Origin: a virus
Taxonomy: Duplodnaviria; Heunggongvirae; Uroviricota; Caudoviricetes
DNA length: 64,000 nucleotides
Direction: 5' to 3' (one strand)
Virus record (IMG/VR): IMGVR_UViG_3300041955_000143
Span: 37,290-101,289 of that record
Shown: in pieces, positions 56,109 to 64,000 of the stretch
How the letters are laid out: each line of letters opens with the position of its first letter
How positions within the stretch are numbered: position 1 is the stretch's first letter
Translations under genes and position numbers: made by a program
The notes under the pieces: generated by a model
What the model was told of the DNA's origin: nothing
Seen by the model: the letters and a program-made list of their open reading frames with translations, nothing else
The model's database searches: none

Positions 56109-56708
56109 TCAGCCGTACAGCAGTTCGAACTTACCGTCCTGGTGCTCCGCGACGGCCGTAAAGTTTTTCACGAAGTCGCCCGTATTTACATACAGGAACC
56201 CGCGCTGCTGGTGAATCTCTGGATGATGTAGATGGCCGCAGACGACCCCATTACAGCCCTGACCGAGTGCCGTGGTCTTCGCCATCCGGAGAAAATTGCG
56301 GTGGACGTAGCCGCTTAGGATGTTCTGCTGGAAGGCATGAAAAATAATCAGCCAGCCATTCATCAATGGATCGAACTTGTCGCCGTGTGTGACCAGCAAC
56401 CGGCGGCCATCGGCTGCCTGGTGGAAGACGTGATCGACCGAGACCATCCCACCGATCGCATAAAGGAAGTCGTGGTTGCCGTAGATATAATCGACCTTTG
56501 GAGCTGCGTTCTGCAAGGCGCGGATCGCTTCCGCCGGCACATTCTCACGCCTGCCGTTTACGATATCCCCCACCAGATACAGGTGATCCGCCGTGACCTT
56601 CTCGAGGAACAGCATCAACCGGCCGACCATCTCCGGCGATTGGGAGCCGAGATGCAGGTCGGACATGAACAGAGCGCGGTAGTGCGCTGCCTTGGCGTCA
56701 CCCATCAT
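56109..56708 (-). CDS. calcineurin-like metallophosphoesterase (LpxH-like)
   Basis: SDLHLG, GDIVNG, GNHD, THGD, CGHLH metal-binding motifs. Confidence 0.6.
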   Translation of the reverse strand: MMGDAKAAHYRALFMSDLHLGSQSPEMVGRLMLFLEKVTADHLYLVGDIVNGRRENVPAEAIRALQNAAPKVDYIYGNHDFLYAIGGMVSVDHVFHQAADGRRLLVTHGDKFDPLMNGWLIIFHAFQQNILSGYVHRNFLRMAKTTALGQGCNGVVCGHLHHPEIHQQRGFLYVNTGDFVKNFTAVAEHQDGKFELLYG

Positions 56709-56771
56709 TTCCCTGCTTCCCGACAGACAGCCCGAAGGCCCTGGCTTCCCTTGTCTCCTTGGAGGAGACTA

Positions 56772-57854
56772 TCACGCCCGCATCTTGTTGCCGCGCCACG
56801 AGAAGTCCTTCCTTGTCCATGCGATGCAGTAGATCCACGGGATCAGAATATCCCGCAACGCCATCGCCGGAATCATCCTCCACGAGCAGTGCCATCCCTT
56901 CGACCACGCCAGCAGCATCTCAGAACCATACCATGATGCCATCGCCACCGCGACAAGTGATGGAAGCGCCCAGCCGAACGACGCGATCATCAGAACTGGA
57001 ACGACCGCGGTGGATGCCAACTCAGCGGCGAACGGCACCGGGAAGGTCTTGCGGCGAAGGATCGCCCATCTCATCTGACGGTCGAGAACCTGCCGGAATG
57101 TTCTGTGTCCAAGAAGCTGCGGGAACGGCGCACTGACCAGCCTCACCCGCAGCCCGGCAGCGCGCACCACCTTGGTCGCGGCGGCGTCCTCGCAGACCTC
57201 GCTGGCGAGCGCCTCCACGCCGCCCCAGGAGTCCAGCAGCTTGCGGTCCCACAGCATCACCTTGCCCATCCCGAAGCCGTGGCCGAAGGCGTCGGCAACG
57301 AATTGCCAGCGCGCCTGGTAGGTGTTGAGGAAGGCGCATTCAAGCTCGGCGGCGAAGCTCTCCGGCCGCGAGCCGAGAGGCGGGGAGCATACTAGCCCCA
57401 CGTCCGGCGCCCACCGTGAGATCATCTGGTCCACCGCGTCCGGCGGCAGCAGCACGTTCGAGTCGGCCATCATCACGTAGCTCGCGTGACTGGCAGCGCG
57501 CCACCCCTTGGCCACGTTATTCAGCTTTGGGTTATCACTGATAGCATCGTCACCAATCAGCAGCATGGCGCGCCGGTGTCGTCCGACGATCTCCCCAGCA
57601 AGTTGCATGCCGCCGTCATCCCTGCTGGCGATGCAGAAGTAGACATTTGCGTCGTCACGGGAAAACGAGGACTCTAGCGTCTCCGGGTCGTGCTCCTCGC
57701 GCCCCGCGATCGGGCGGATGATGGCGACCGGGCCGTACTCACTCACCACCTTGGTCCCGGTACGGATACGAAGTCCGGCGACCAGGGTACTCAGGAGGTT
57801 GACGGCAATAACGATCGATGCGGCAACGAGGATCAGCGAGGCCATTAGCTCCAT
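56772..57854 (-). CDS. membrane glycosyltransferase (GT2/GT21 ceramide-glucosyltransferase-like)
   Basis: N-terminal TM then GT-A-type region; ORF open to 58091 but first 79 codons overlap upstream gene, Met80 (MELMASLILV) taken as start. Confidence 0.5.
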   Translation of the reverse strand: MELMASLILVAASIVIAVNLLSTLVAGLRIRTGTKVVSEYGPVAIIRPIAGREEHDPETLESSFSRDDANVYFCIASRDDGGMQLAGEIVGRHRRAMLLIGDDAISDNPKLNNVAKGWRAASHASYVMMADSNVLLPPDAVDQMISRWAPDVGLVCSPPLGSRPESFAAELECAFLNTYQARWQFVADAFGHGFGMGKVMLWDRKLLDSWGGVEALASEVCEDAAATKVVRAAGLRVRLVSAPFPQLLGHRTFRQVLDRQMRWAILRRKTFPVPFAAELASTAVVPVLMIASFGWALPSLVAVAMASWYGSEMLLAWSKGWHCSWRMIPAMALRDILIPWIYCIAWTRKDFSWRGNKMRA

Positions 57855-57912
57855 TTGCGCGGGACGATACAGTCGCCACCAGTCTGCATGAGCAAAATTG
57901 ACCACTTCGGCT

Positions 57913-58689
57913 TCAGTGTCCGCGTATCGAAATCCAGGTGATAAGCGGCGTAAGGATAGCTGCCGCGATGAATATAGCACCAGCAGCCCACTGAAAGACC
58001 TGGCTCTGCCCGGCCTGCGTCCCCTTGTTCGATGTCTCCTCCAAGTTGATCTTGTTGACGTTGAACGACAGCTTCGCAATTGCCTCCGCATTTGCTGCCG
58101 CCGTTTTCGCCAGCATCTCTGCCGTCGATGCCGAAAGCGCCGAGATACTCTCCGACATCTTCTTCATCGCATTCTCGATCGCCGGGTCCGCGACGCTGCT
58201 CCGTCCCGCAAGGGTGAATTGGAATGCCTCCAACTTGCTGACGCGGGCGTCAAACGTGGCCTGAATTTGGACGAGCTGAGTTGACACTAGGGTAGAGGTC
58301 GTTCGCACCGACTCAGCAAGCATGTCCCGGATGGTGTTCTGAAACTCTTGCCGGGTCTGAGCAAGCTGGTCGATCCTATTGGTTTCGGCTTGGCGCAGCG
58401 CCGTCTGCAATTTCGACTCCGCCTCGCGGGCAAAGTCTTGCATCCTAGACTCTGCCTCACGGGCGAAGTTCTGCAGCTTCTCCTGAGCAATGAGGTTTGC
58501 GTCAAGGAACCTGTTGTCGGCAACGCGCAGTTCGTGCTGGTGCTCCTTCTCGACATCGACAAGCGCCAACACGTTCTCAGTCGGATCGACGACGGGGCCG
58601 CCGCTAGCGTCGACGCCGATCCCCATCCCAGTCTGGACAGGACGACGAGTCTGTCGTTTCTTTCTGCTGCTGCTGCTGCTGCTGCTCAT
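57913..58689 (-). CDS. coiled-coil protein with C-terminal membrane anchor and N-terminal poly-Ser
   Basis: MSSSSSSSRKKRQ... (AGC)8 run at 58661..58684; C-terminal TM AAGAIFIAAAILTPLITWISI. Confidence 0.45.
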   Translation of the reverse strand: MSSSSSSSRKKRQTRRPVQTGMGIGVDASGGPVVDPTENVLALVDVEKEHQHELRVADNRFLDANLIAQEKLQNFAREAESRMQDFAREAESKLQTALRQAETNRIDQLAQTRQEFQNTIRDMLAESVRTTSTLVSTQLVQIQATFDARVSKLEAFQFTLAGRSSVADPAIENAMKKMSESISALSASTAEMLAKTAAANAEAIAKLSFNVNKINLEETSNKGTQAGQSQVFQWAAGAIFIAAAILTPLITWISIRGH

Positions 58690-58922
58690 CTCAATTTGAC
58701 CCTTACGTCATACTCGCCATTTCCGACCGCTCGCGTGCGAACGTAATAGAAATTCCAACCACGCCCGTTGACCGGAGCTTGCTTGAGCAACGCGCCGGGG
58801 CTGTAGCCAAGACCGACTTCGAGTTGCTTGACTGTAGGATAAGCGTCGGCTGCGTGCGCAGGGTGGCCGAACAGCAGGGCGGCGGCGAGGATTGTGATAG
58901 CGGCAAAAGGTTTCATCATCAT
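58686..58922 (-). CDS. small secreted protein (78 aa)
   Basis: Signal peptide MMMKPFAAITILAAALLFGHPAHA. Confidence 0.35.
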   Translation of the reverse strand: MMMKPFAAITILAAALLFGHPAHAADAYPTVKQLEVGLGYSPGALLKQAPVNGRGWNFYYVRTRAVGNGEYDVRVKLR

Positions 58923-58928
58923 TCCGAC

Positions 58929-59132
58929 TCACTTGGGGCTGTCTGCCAGTTCTAACCATTGAGACAGTTGGTCGGCAAATGCCTGAGCTTGAGTCTTGTC
59001 GGGGAATCCAATCACTTCCGCTAAGACATTGATTGTTATCTTACGGGGGTCATCGGTATTGGGCATCGTAATGACCTTGAACCTATCTGGCATCATGCGA
59101 ACCCCACCAACTTCGATGTTTGTTTCACCCAC
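58929..59132 (-). CDS. hypothetical protein (67 aa)
   Basis: Small ORF. Confidence 0.3.
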   Translation of the reverse strand: MGETNIEVGGVRMMPDRFKVITMPNTDDPRKITINVLAEVIGFPDKTQAQAFADQLSQWLELADSPK

Positions 59133-59572
59133 CCTAGTTCGACTAACGCAAGCTCGGCATCACCAGCATACCGTACCCCACCAACGCACACTGGGCGAGT
59201 CTCCAGTAAATTCATGGCCTCGACGGCAGTGAACCCTTGCGCCCTCATTATAGCATACCCTAATGATGGGCCCCTGTTCCTGCCCTCCGCACAATGCGTC
59301 AGCACAATGTTTCCCTTGAACGACAGCGCACCAATTCCAAAATCAATCGCGGACATGAACCAAGAAGCGCCCTTGTGTGTGCCGTCGTCTTTAGTCGTAT
59401 CGACCAATAGTGCAATGCCATTAGTCGGAGGGAATAGCGGTTCCTCACCATCAATGTTGGCGTCTATTACGTGAGTGATACCCAACGCTTTAATATCGGC
59501 AACATTGGAAGCATCCGTAATTCGACTACCGACATACAGCCTCTCGGTTATCCGGCTGCAGTCGTATGTCAT
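59093..59572 (-). CDS. dual-specificity/tyrosine protein phosphatase
   Basis: VLTHCAEGRNRGPS contains the HCxxGxxR P-loop signature. Confidence 0.55.
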   Translation of the reverse strand: MTYDCSRITERLYVGSRITDASNVADIKALGITHVIDANIDGEEPLFPPTNGIALLVDTTKDDGTHKGASWFMSAIDFGIGALSFKGNIVLTHCAEGRNRGPSLGYAIMRAQGFTAVEAMNLLETRPVCVGGVRYAGDAELALVELGWVKQTSKLVGFA

Positions 59573-60345
59573 CGCCGTGCCGCATCCTGTTTTATTGCTT
59601 GCACGTCGCTCAAAAGGGCGGCGGTGGCAAATCCAGATGGCGACTTTTCATCCTTCTCGATCCAATCAGGTCCGAACATGCAATAACTTTCATCACAGTA
59701 GGAATCCCAGAATTTCCAGCTTAGTGTCTTCAGCATTCCCCATGTAATGCAGGTCAATTCGTCCTCGTCATAGGCAATAACCGGAATCAGATGCCCGCCC
59801 CAAGAACCTGCGGCGCTGTCGCCGGTCAGGGTGGAGGCCCCTGGCGCTACATCCCAAGGGCCATTCTGCGCCGTCAAAGGCAGTTGCACCCCGACATAGC
59901 AAACACCAAAAAGAAAAATCGAGTTCTTCACATCAAGACGATTGCCGGGTTTCACCGAAGCGAACGCCGACAGTTTATGCCCCATGATCGGATTGCTGTA
60001 CCAATAGCGCAAAACATCGGTAGCCGCGCAGCCAGAATCGGTTTCCGGGTCCCCCGGCACATAGCCGCTTAACAGGCTATACAAGGAAAGAATTTCGCTG
60101 TCTGGCAAAATGACTTCGGCCGGTTGCGTGAATGAAGTCCACGTTTGGATGGTGTGGCCCACGCCAGCGATCGTACAACAACCTATTTCACGATTGAGCA
60201 TCGGCCCTAGATGCTTCAAGTTTTTGCTATAATCAGCAGAAACCGGCGGAGGCGATAGGGCGGCGGTGTATTTTTTGCTGTCGGGAAGTCCGAGCAATCT
60301 CTTAGGTGCGAGCTTTCCTAACTTGTAGATTGCGTCCGTCATCAC
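59569..60345 (-). CDS. papain-like (C1-type) cysteine peptidase candidate
   Basis: IGCCTIAGVGH (Cys nucleophile region), GGHLIPVIAYDE (His), CITWGMLKTLSW (Asn/Trp region) in papain-like order; 4-nt overlap with phosphatase gene. Confidence 0.4.
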   Translation of the reverse strand: MMTDAIYKLGKLAPKRLLGLPDSKKYTAALSPPPVSADYSKNLKHLGPMLNREIGCCTIAGVGHTIQTWTSFTQPAEVILPDSEILSLYSLLSGYVPGDPETDSGCAATDVLRYWYSNPIMGHKLSAFASVKPGNRLDVKNSIFLFGVCYVGVQLPLTAQNGPWDVAPGASTLTGDSAAGSWGGHLIPVIAYDEDELTCITWGMLKTLSWKFWDSYCDESYCMFGPDWIEKDEKSPSGFATAALLSDVQAIKQDAARR

Positions 60346-60629
60346 GGCTGTCCTGCATTGGGCACAACGGCGGTTTTGCCGAGCTTTTGTCTTGCGTCCA
60401 CGCGGTCACCATTCAGCATGACGATGATGTGGCTTACGCCATCCTTGGTCGTAAGCTGCATCAGGACGGAGCCGTCAGCGGCAGGAGGGGAGGTCACTTT
60501 AACCCATCCCTCCCCTTCTAGCTTCGCGATGGTCCGCTGCTGCTGCGAAACATTATTGGGCATAGACTGGAATGTAAGAGAAGCCGCCATTAGCAGCAGG
60601 CACTTTGACGTAGCCACGGAGGGTGCCAA
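60342..60629 (-). CDS. small secreted protein (95 aa)
   Basis: Signal-like MAPSVATSKCLLLMAASLTF. Confidence 0.35.
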   Translation of the reverse strand: MAPSVATSKCLLLMAASLTFQSMPNNVSQQQRTIAKLEGEGWVKVTSPPAADGSVLMQLTTKDGVSHIIVMLNGDRVDARQKLGKTAVVPNAGQP

Positions 60630-61002
60630 CCGCGGCCGCGCCGAGCCGACGCCTACGAAGCATCATTCTGGCTCCAACCGGGATCGACGGCAGGAGGTTT
60701 GTCAGCGCCGCAATAACGGCGTTCACCGCCGCACTGCCGGCCACAACAATTGCGCTGTAGGCAGGCCCGAACAGACCAGCCGCAGTCGCCGCAATGCTCT
60801 CGATAGTGGGGGCATAGTTTGCTACGGCCTGCACTACGTTCGTGATTGCGGTGATAACGGCCGGGTCAAGCCCGTAAGTGACGACGCCAGTGGTAGGGTT
60901 AGTGGTCGAGGCGCAGCCGCCAAGAGCGAGGACGCCAGCACCGGCACCGAGCGAAAACAGGTGACGGCGAGTAATATCGGTCTGCATTGTATTTCCTTTC
61001 AC
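60553..61002 (-). CDS. Tat-signal lipoprotein candidate
   Basis: TRRHLFSLGAGAGVLALGGC twin-arginine plus lipobox. Confidence 0.4.
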   Translation of the reverse strand: MKGNTMQTDITRRHLFSLGAGAGVLALGGCASTTNPTTGVVTYGLDPAVITAITNVVQAVANYAPTIESIAATAAGLFGPAYSAIVVAGSAAVNAVIAALTNLLPSIPVGARMMLRRRRLGAAAVGTLRGYVKVPAANGGFSYIPVYAQ

Positions 61003-61223
61003 TTGTTGGTGACGCCGGGGCCGGCGACATTCGACGAGAAGAAGTGGAATCCAAGGTTAATGCAGGTGAGAATGAAGGCGGCATCCGTCGCCACTGTTTT
61101 GATGTCGGATACTATGGCGGGAGAGAGGCTGCCAAATTGCACGCTGCCAGCCGCAATTCCGGTAAGGATAGCGAAGATGACGTTCAGCCAGATGGCTGTG
61201 GCCGGGTTGATTCCGTTCTGCAT
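60999..61223 (-). CDS. small membrane protein (74 aa)
   Basis: Two hydrophobic helices. Confidence 0.35.
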   Translation of the reverse strand: MQNGINPATAIWLNVIFAILTGIAAGSVQFGSLSPAIVSDIKTVATDAAFILTCINLGFHFFSSNVAGPGVTNK

Positions 61224-61359
61224 GGTTAATGCCCTTTCCCAAATTCACTATATAAGCGGCCTACTAGGCCATCCATGACATAGCGGCGACGGCGCCACTG
61301 TCTCCACGCAAAGCTATAGCCGAAAATGCAGCCAAATACAAAAGACGCGACGATCCAGA

Positions 61360-61779
61360 TCACAGATCACCTACCATCTTAATGAGCTTTTGCCTGTCCG
61401 TATCGAGCAGATAATATCCAGTGACCGGCTCCGTCTGGATCTTAACGCCAAATACCTTTAACCGCTTGTTGAGGCGATGAACGTGCTGGTCAATAACACT
61501 AGGATTGACATCGGACTCGCCTCCATACAAAGCCCTGCAAGCAAAGTCCCTGGTTACTACGCCCTTTCGCCTCAACAACAAGCCCAACATTGAGTAGCAA
61601 CGCGGGCCGATGCCGTGGCCTTTCATCCTCCACGGCAGAATAATCGACATCCCAAGCAGGCGCTCTAGCTCCTCCACGCGGTCGTGCAGCCTCTCAATTT
61701 CATCATCGCGCGAAATACCAGGCGACGAGGATCGCGGCAGCGACAATGAGGGCAAGGATTGCGCGAGCGAGGCGGTCAT
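61360..61779 (-). CDS. winged-helix transcriptional regulator (OmpR/PhoB C-terminal-like)
   Basis: C-terminal VDQHVHRLNKRL...GYYL pattern as in trans_reg_C domains. Confidence 0.45.
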   Translation of the reverse strand: MTASLAQSLPSLSLPRSSSPGISRDDEIERLHDRVEELERLLGMSIILPWRMKGHGIGPRCYSMLGLLLRRKGVVTRDFACRALYGGESDVNPSVIDQHVHRLNKRLKVFGVKIQTEPVTGYYLLDTDRQKLIKMVGDL

Positions 61780-61986
61780 TCAAGGCTTTCGTGCCTTGGC
61801 TGCGGCGGTTAAGGCCGTGGCGACGATGGCGTTCAACAGATCATCCGTAATCGCAGCCTGTTCATACCACGGCACGTCTGCCTGCGCCAATTTCTTGAGG
61901 GCGGTAAAGGCCGCAGTGGCTTCTGCTTGCGTATAAAGGGCCTGTGCCTTCAATTTCAGAGTTTGTTCATTCCATGTGGCGGTCAT
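61780..61986 (-). CDS. hypothetical protein (68 aa)
   Basis: Small ORF. Confidence 0.3.
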   Translation of the reverse strand: MTATWNEQTLKLKAQALYTQAEATAAFTALKKLAQADVPWYEQAAITDDLLNAIVATALTAAAKARKP

Positions 61987-62185
61987 CTGTCTATCTCCTA
62001 GTTATGACCCGGTAACACCGTCGCGCCCCGGCATACCTTCCACCATTCCGCAGTGCGCGGTACGTCCGGGGAACACCAATGTCGTAAAGGCGGCGATGTG
62101 CGCCAACCTGAATGATGGGCGATTATCCCGGACTTGACAGAAGCCTCTAGGCATGGCAATATCCTTCTATTGAAGGGGAAAAGCC

Positions 62186-63088
62186 ATGGCCAAACGACCC
62201 AAGCCCGTCCCGCAGATGACCGCCGCTCAGTTCGACGCGGCCTTTCCTGACGAAGAAGCCTGCAAAGCCTATCTGGTTGCCCGTAGATGGCCCGATGGCG
62301 TGCATTGCCCGCGCTGCGGCAATCCCAAGGTCTATGACCTGAGGTCGCGCCGGTGGCATTGGCAATGCGAACAGTGCGCCCCTGACGGCTATCGGTTTTC
62401 TCATATCGCCGGGACGATCTTCGAGAACACCAACAAGCCGCTCCGCGATTGGTTCAAGGTCGCCCATCTCATGCTCGCCAGCAAGAAAGGCATGAGTGCC
62501 TTGCAGATCATGCGCTACATGGGATTCGGCTCCTACAAAACCGCATGGGGCATGTGTCACAAGATCAGAACTGCGTTGATCGAGGACATTCAGAAGCTCG
62601 GCGGGATTGTCGAGGTTGACGAGTCGTTCATCGGCGGCAAAGACAAAAACAAACATTGGGACGGTCGCAAGCGCGAACCGCGAGAGCATCGCCTTTCGAC
62701 TAAAACTCCGGTCATTGGCGCAGTACAGCGCAAGGGCAACGTAGTTGCCCGCGTTCTCGACCACATCAGCAGCGCGGCTTGTCAGACATTCGTGCGCGAA
62801 ATGGTTTCCGACAAAGTCAGCTTGCTCGCGACCGACGAAAGTCGCGTCTATGACGGATTGACCGGATACAATCACCAAACGGTCGATCACCACCGTAAGC
62901 AATATGTCATCGGCGCGGTTCACACCAACACGATTGAGGGCTTCTGGTCGATCTTCAAGCGCGGCGTGGTCGGCACGTTCCACAAGATGAGCGCCAAATA
63001 TATGCCGCTGTACATCGCCGAGTTTCAGTTCCGCTACAATAACCGCATGAACCCCGACATTTTCGGGACGGCGATTTCTGGATGTTAG
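62186..63088 (+). CDS. IS1595-family DDE transposase
   Basis: RWPDGVHCPRCGN zinc ribbon, IVEVDESFIGGK, TDESRVYDGL, YIAEFQFRYNNR; paralog of 37817..38884. Confidence 0.8.
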   Translation: MAKRPKPVPQMTAAQFDAAFPDEEACKAYLVARRWPDGVHCPRCGNPKVYDLRSRRWHWQCEQCAPDGYRFSHIAGTIFENTNKPLRDWFKVAHLMLASKKGMSALQIMRYMGFGSYKTAWGMCHKIRTALIEDIQKLGGIVEVDESFIGGKDKNKHWDGRKREPREHRLSTKTPVIGAVQRKGNVVARVLDHISSAACQTFVREMVSDKVSLLATDESRVYDGLTGYNHQTVDHHRKQYVIGAVHTNTIEGFWSIFKRGVVGTFHKMSAKYMPLYIAEFQFRYNNRMNPDIFGTAISGC

Positions 63089-63090
63089 CT

Positions 63091-63858
63091 TCATTTTTCG
63101 GAGATACCAAATTCGTATTCTGGCACGTCATAGTTTTTGATTTCCATTAATGTAACGACAAAGGTACGACCAGATGCTTGAACGTCGTGGCTAGTTTGAT
63201 TGTTAAAACTGAATTTAAACTTTTTCTGATTTGGCGCTGACGTATAGACTTGAAGGTCTCGGACTTTTACGCCAGGAAGGTCTTTGTCTGGGAATTTCAT
63301 TGGAGTTGCATTTTGTATTAATGTTATTTCGCTCGCAGTCTCCGGCTCGGAAACATCTGTACGTAATGTCCCGGCATTGTCCAAATTCAACGTATCGTTT
63401 CCACCCACGCTAGTTGGAATATTTTTGATGGTTTGCTTGCTGGAATAGTGATGAGAGGATGCCGCGGAAATTAACTTCGCTAGATCAGCAAACGTAATTG
63501 GCCTCTGATAATTGGCCGCTTCAAACGACCCGAGACCCAGAAGCAACACACCAAAAATTCCCGAGAAAATAAGTCTATTTTTCCATGTAATTGGCTGTGG
63601 CAGTAGAAATGTTATCGCTACCCCTACCAACCACGCCAAAGCTAGAAGTATTAGCGCGAGGGTCATTGTAACAATCCCCGCCGCTGACAAGGATGCGATA
63701 ATGCAAGCAGTGGCAAACGTGGCGAGGAGAGCAAATGCTGCGTTTGCCAAAATGTCTCTAAATGTGCCTGTTGGCTTTGTGATTTTCTGTAATCCCCTTT
63801 GGCGTTGCCTTTCGAGATTCCTCCGTTGCTGGCGCGTAAGCGTCTTATTCCGCGACAT
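63091..63858 (-). CDS. passenger membrane protein (255 aa): basic N-terminus, 3-4 TM helices, ~130-aa C-terminal soluble domain; AT-rich codon usage
   Basis: Hydrophobic helices read from translation; markedly lower GC than surrounding DNA. Confidence 0.5.
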   Translation of the reverse strand: MSRNKTLTRQQRRNLERQRQRGLQKITKPTGTFRDILANAAFALLATFATACIIASLSAAGIVTMTLALILLALAWLVGVAITFLLPQPITWKNRLIFSGIFGVLLLGLGSFEAANYQRPITFADLAKLISAASSHHYSSKQTIKNIPTSVGGNDTLNLDNAGTLRTDVSEPETASEITLIQNATPMKFPDKDLPGVKVRDLQVYTSAPNQKKFKFSFNNQTSHDVQASGRTFVVTLMEIKNYDVPEYEFGISEK

Positions 63859-64000
63859 GGCAGAATCCTTCCTCTTTGGGATTGTACCTCCAAAGAGGGT
63901 TCCCGCAGAACGGGAACAAGATTTTGGGAGACGTTTTTTCCCTGATGACAGAGCAGTGATAGTGCATTATACTGCTTCTGTCTAGTTAGGGATAATCGCC

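Larger units (their letters stand above)
62118..64000 (+). mobile_element. second IS1595-family element with passenger gene; TIRs GGCGATTATCCC[GG/TA]ACT[TG/AG]ACAGAAGC; right IR ends exactly at window end
   Basis: Left IR 62118..62144 and reverse complement of 63974..64000 match at 23 of 27 positions; encloses transposase plus convergent AT-rich passenger. Confidence 0.65.

Noticed and set aside
58661-58684. (AGC)8 trinucleotide repeat, considered as CRISPR or microsatellite
   Set aside because: It encodes the N-terminal poly-Ser of the 57913..58689 protein; no spacer-repeat periodicity anywhere in the window, so no CRISPR array
1-64000. Integrase/attachment sites or tRNA integration target
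   Set aside because: No tyrosine/serine recombinase motifs or tRNA-like sequence recognised by eye; prophage boundaries cannot be claimed from this window

Overview
The window is mostly a high-GC tailed-phage or prophage genome in three transcriptional blocks, most likely in an alphaproteobacterial host (a GapR/DUF2312 homologue is present). Calls rest on reading the translated ORFs by eye for family signatures; no similarity searches were run.

Block 1 (minus strand, about 44.3 kb down to 1) runs from early/accessory genes through packaging and virion genes. Recognisable early genes are GapR-like, a PD-(D/E)XK nuclease, an N6-adenine methyltransferase, RNase H, a DUF5131 Gp37/Gp68 protein, an HNH plus C5-cytosine methyltransferase pair, an AlpA-like HTH protein and DUF4031. 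These are followed by the large terminase (24325..26118) and a P22-like portal (19139..21568). The virion genes include a GroES-like protein, a scaffold-like protein, two tail-type proteins (one with a tail-collar domain), an HNH endonuclease, and a 1311-aa multidomain virion protein with an SLT lytic-transglycosylase domain and an internal peptidase-S74-type chaperone motif. A further large virion ORF runs off coordinate 1.

Block 2 (plus strand, 44.4 to 55.4 kb) holds an ERF annealing protein plus YqaJ exonuclease, an SPFH/band-7 protein, DUF4326, an HNH-like protein and many small ORFs.

Block 3 (minus strand, 55.4 to 62.0 kb) looks like cargo: a secreted CHAP amidase, an LpxH-like metallophosphoesterase, a GT2/GT21-like glycosyltransferase, a dual-specificity phosphatase plus papain-like peptidase pair, and an OmpR-like regulator.

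Three IS1595-family elements are superimposed on this. The first (36598..38899) is intact, has 8-bp target-site duplications and its own promoter, and carries a nucleoside 2-deoxyribosyltransferase-like gene and a PP-loop (PAPS-reductase-like) gene upstream of its transposase. The second is a 192-bp MITE with identical termini and its own 8-bp duplication (7802..7993). The third uses different inverted repeats and carries an AT-rich membrane-protein passenger; the window ends exactly at its outer repeat (62118..64000). A degraded older copy lies next to the first element.

No integrase, tRNA, CRISPR array or clearly recognisable major capsid protein was found.
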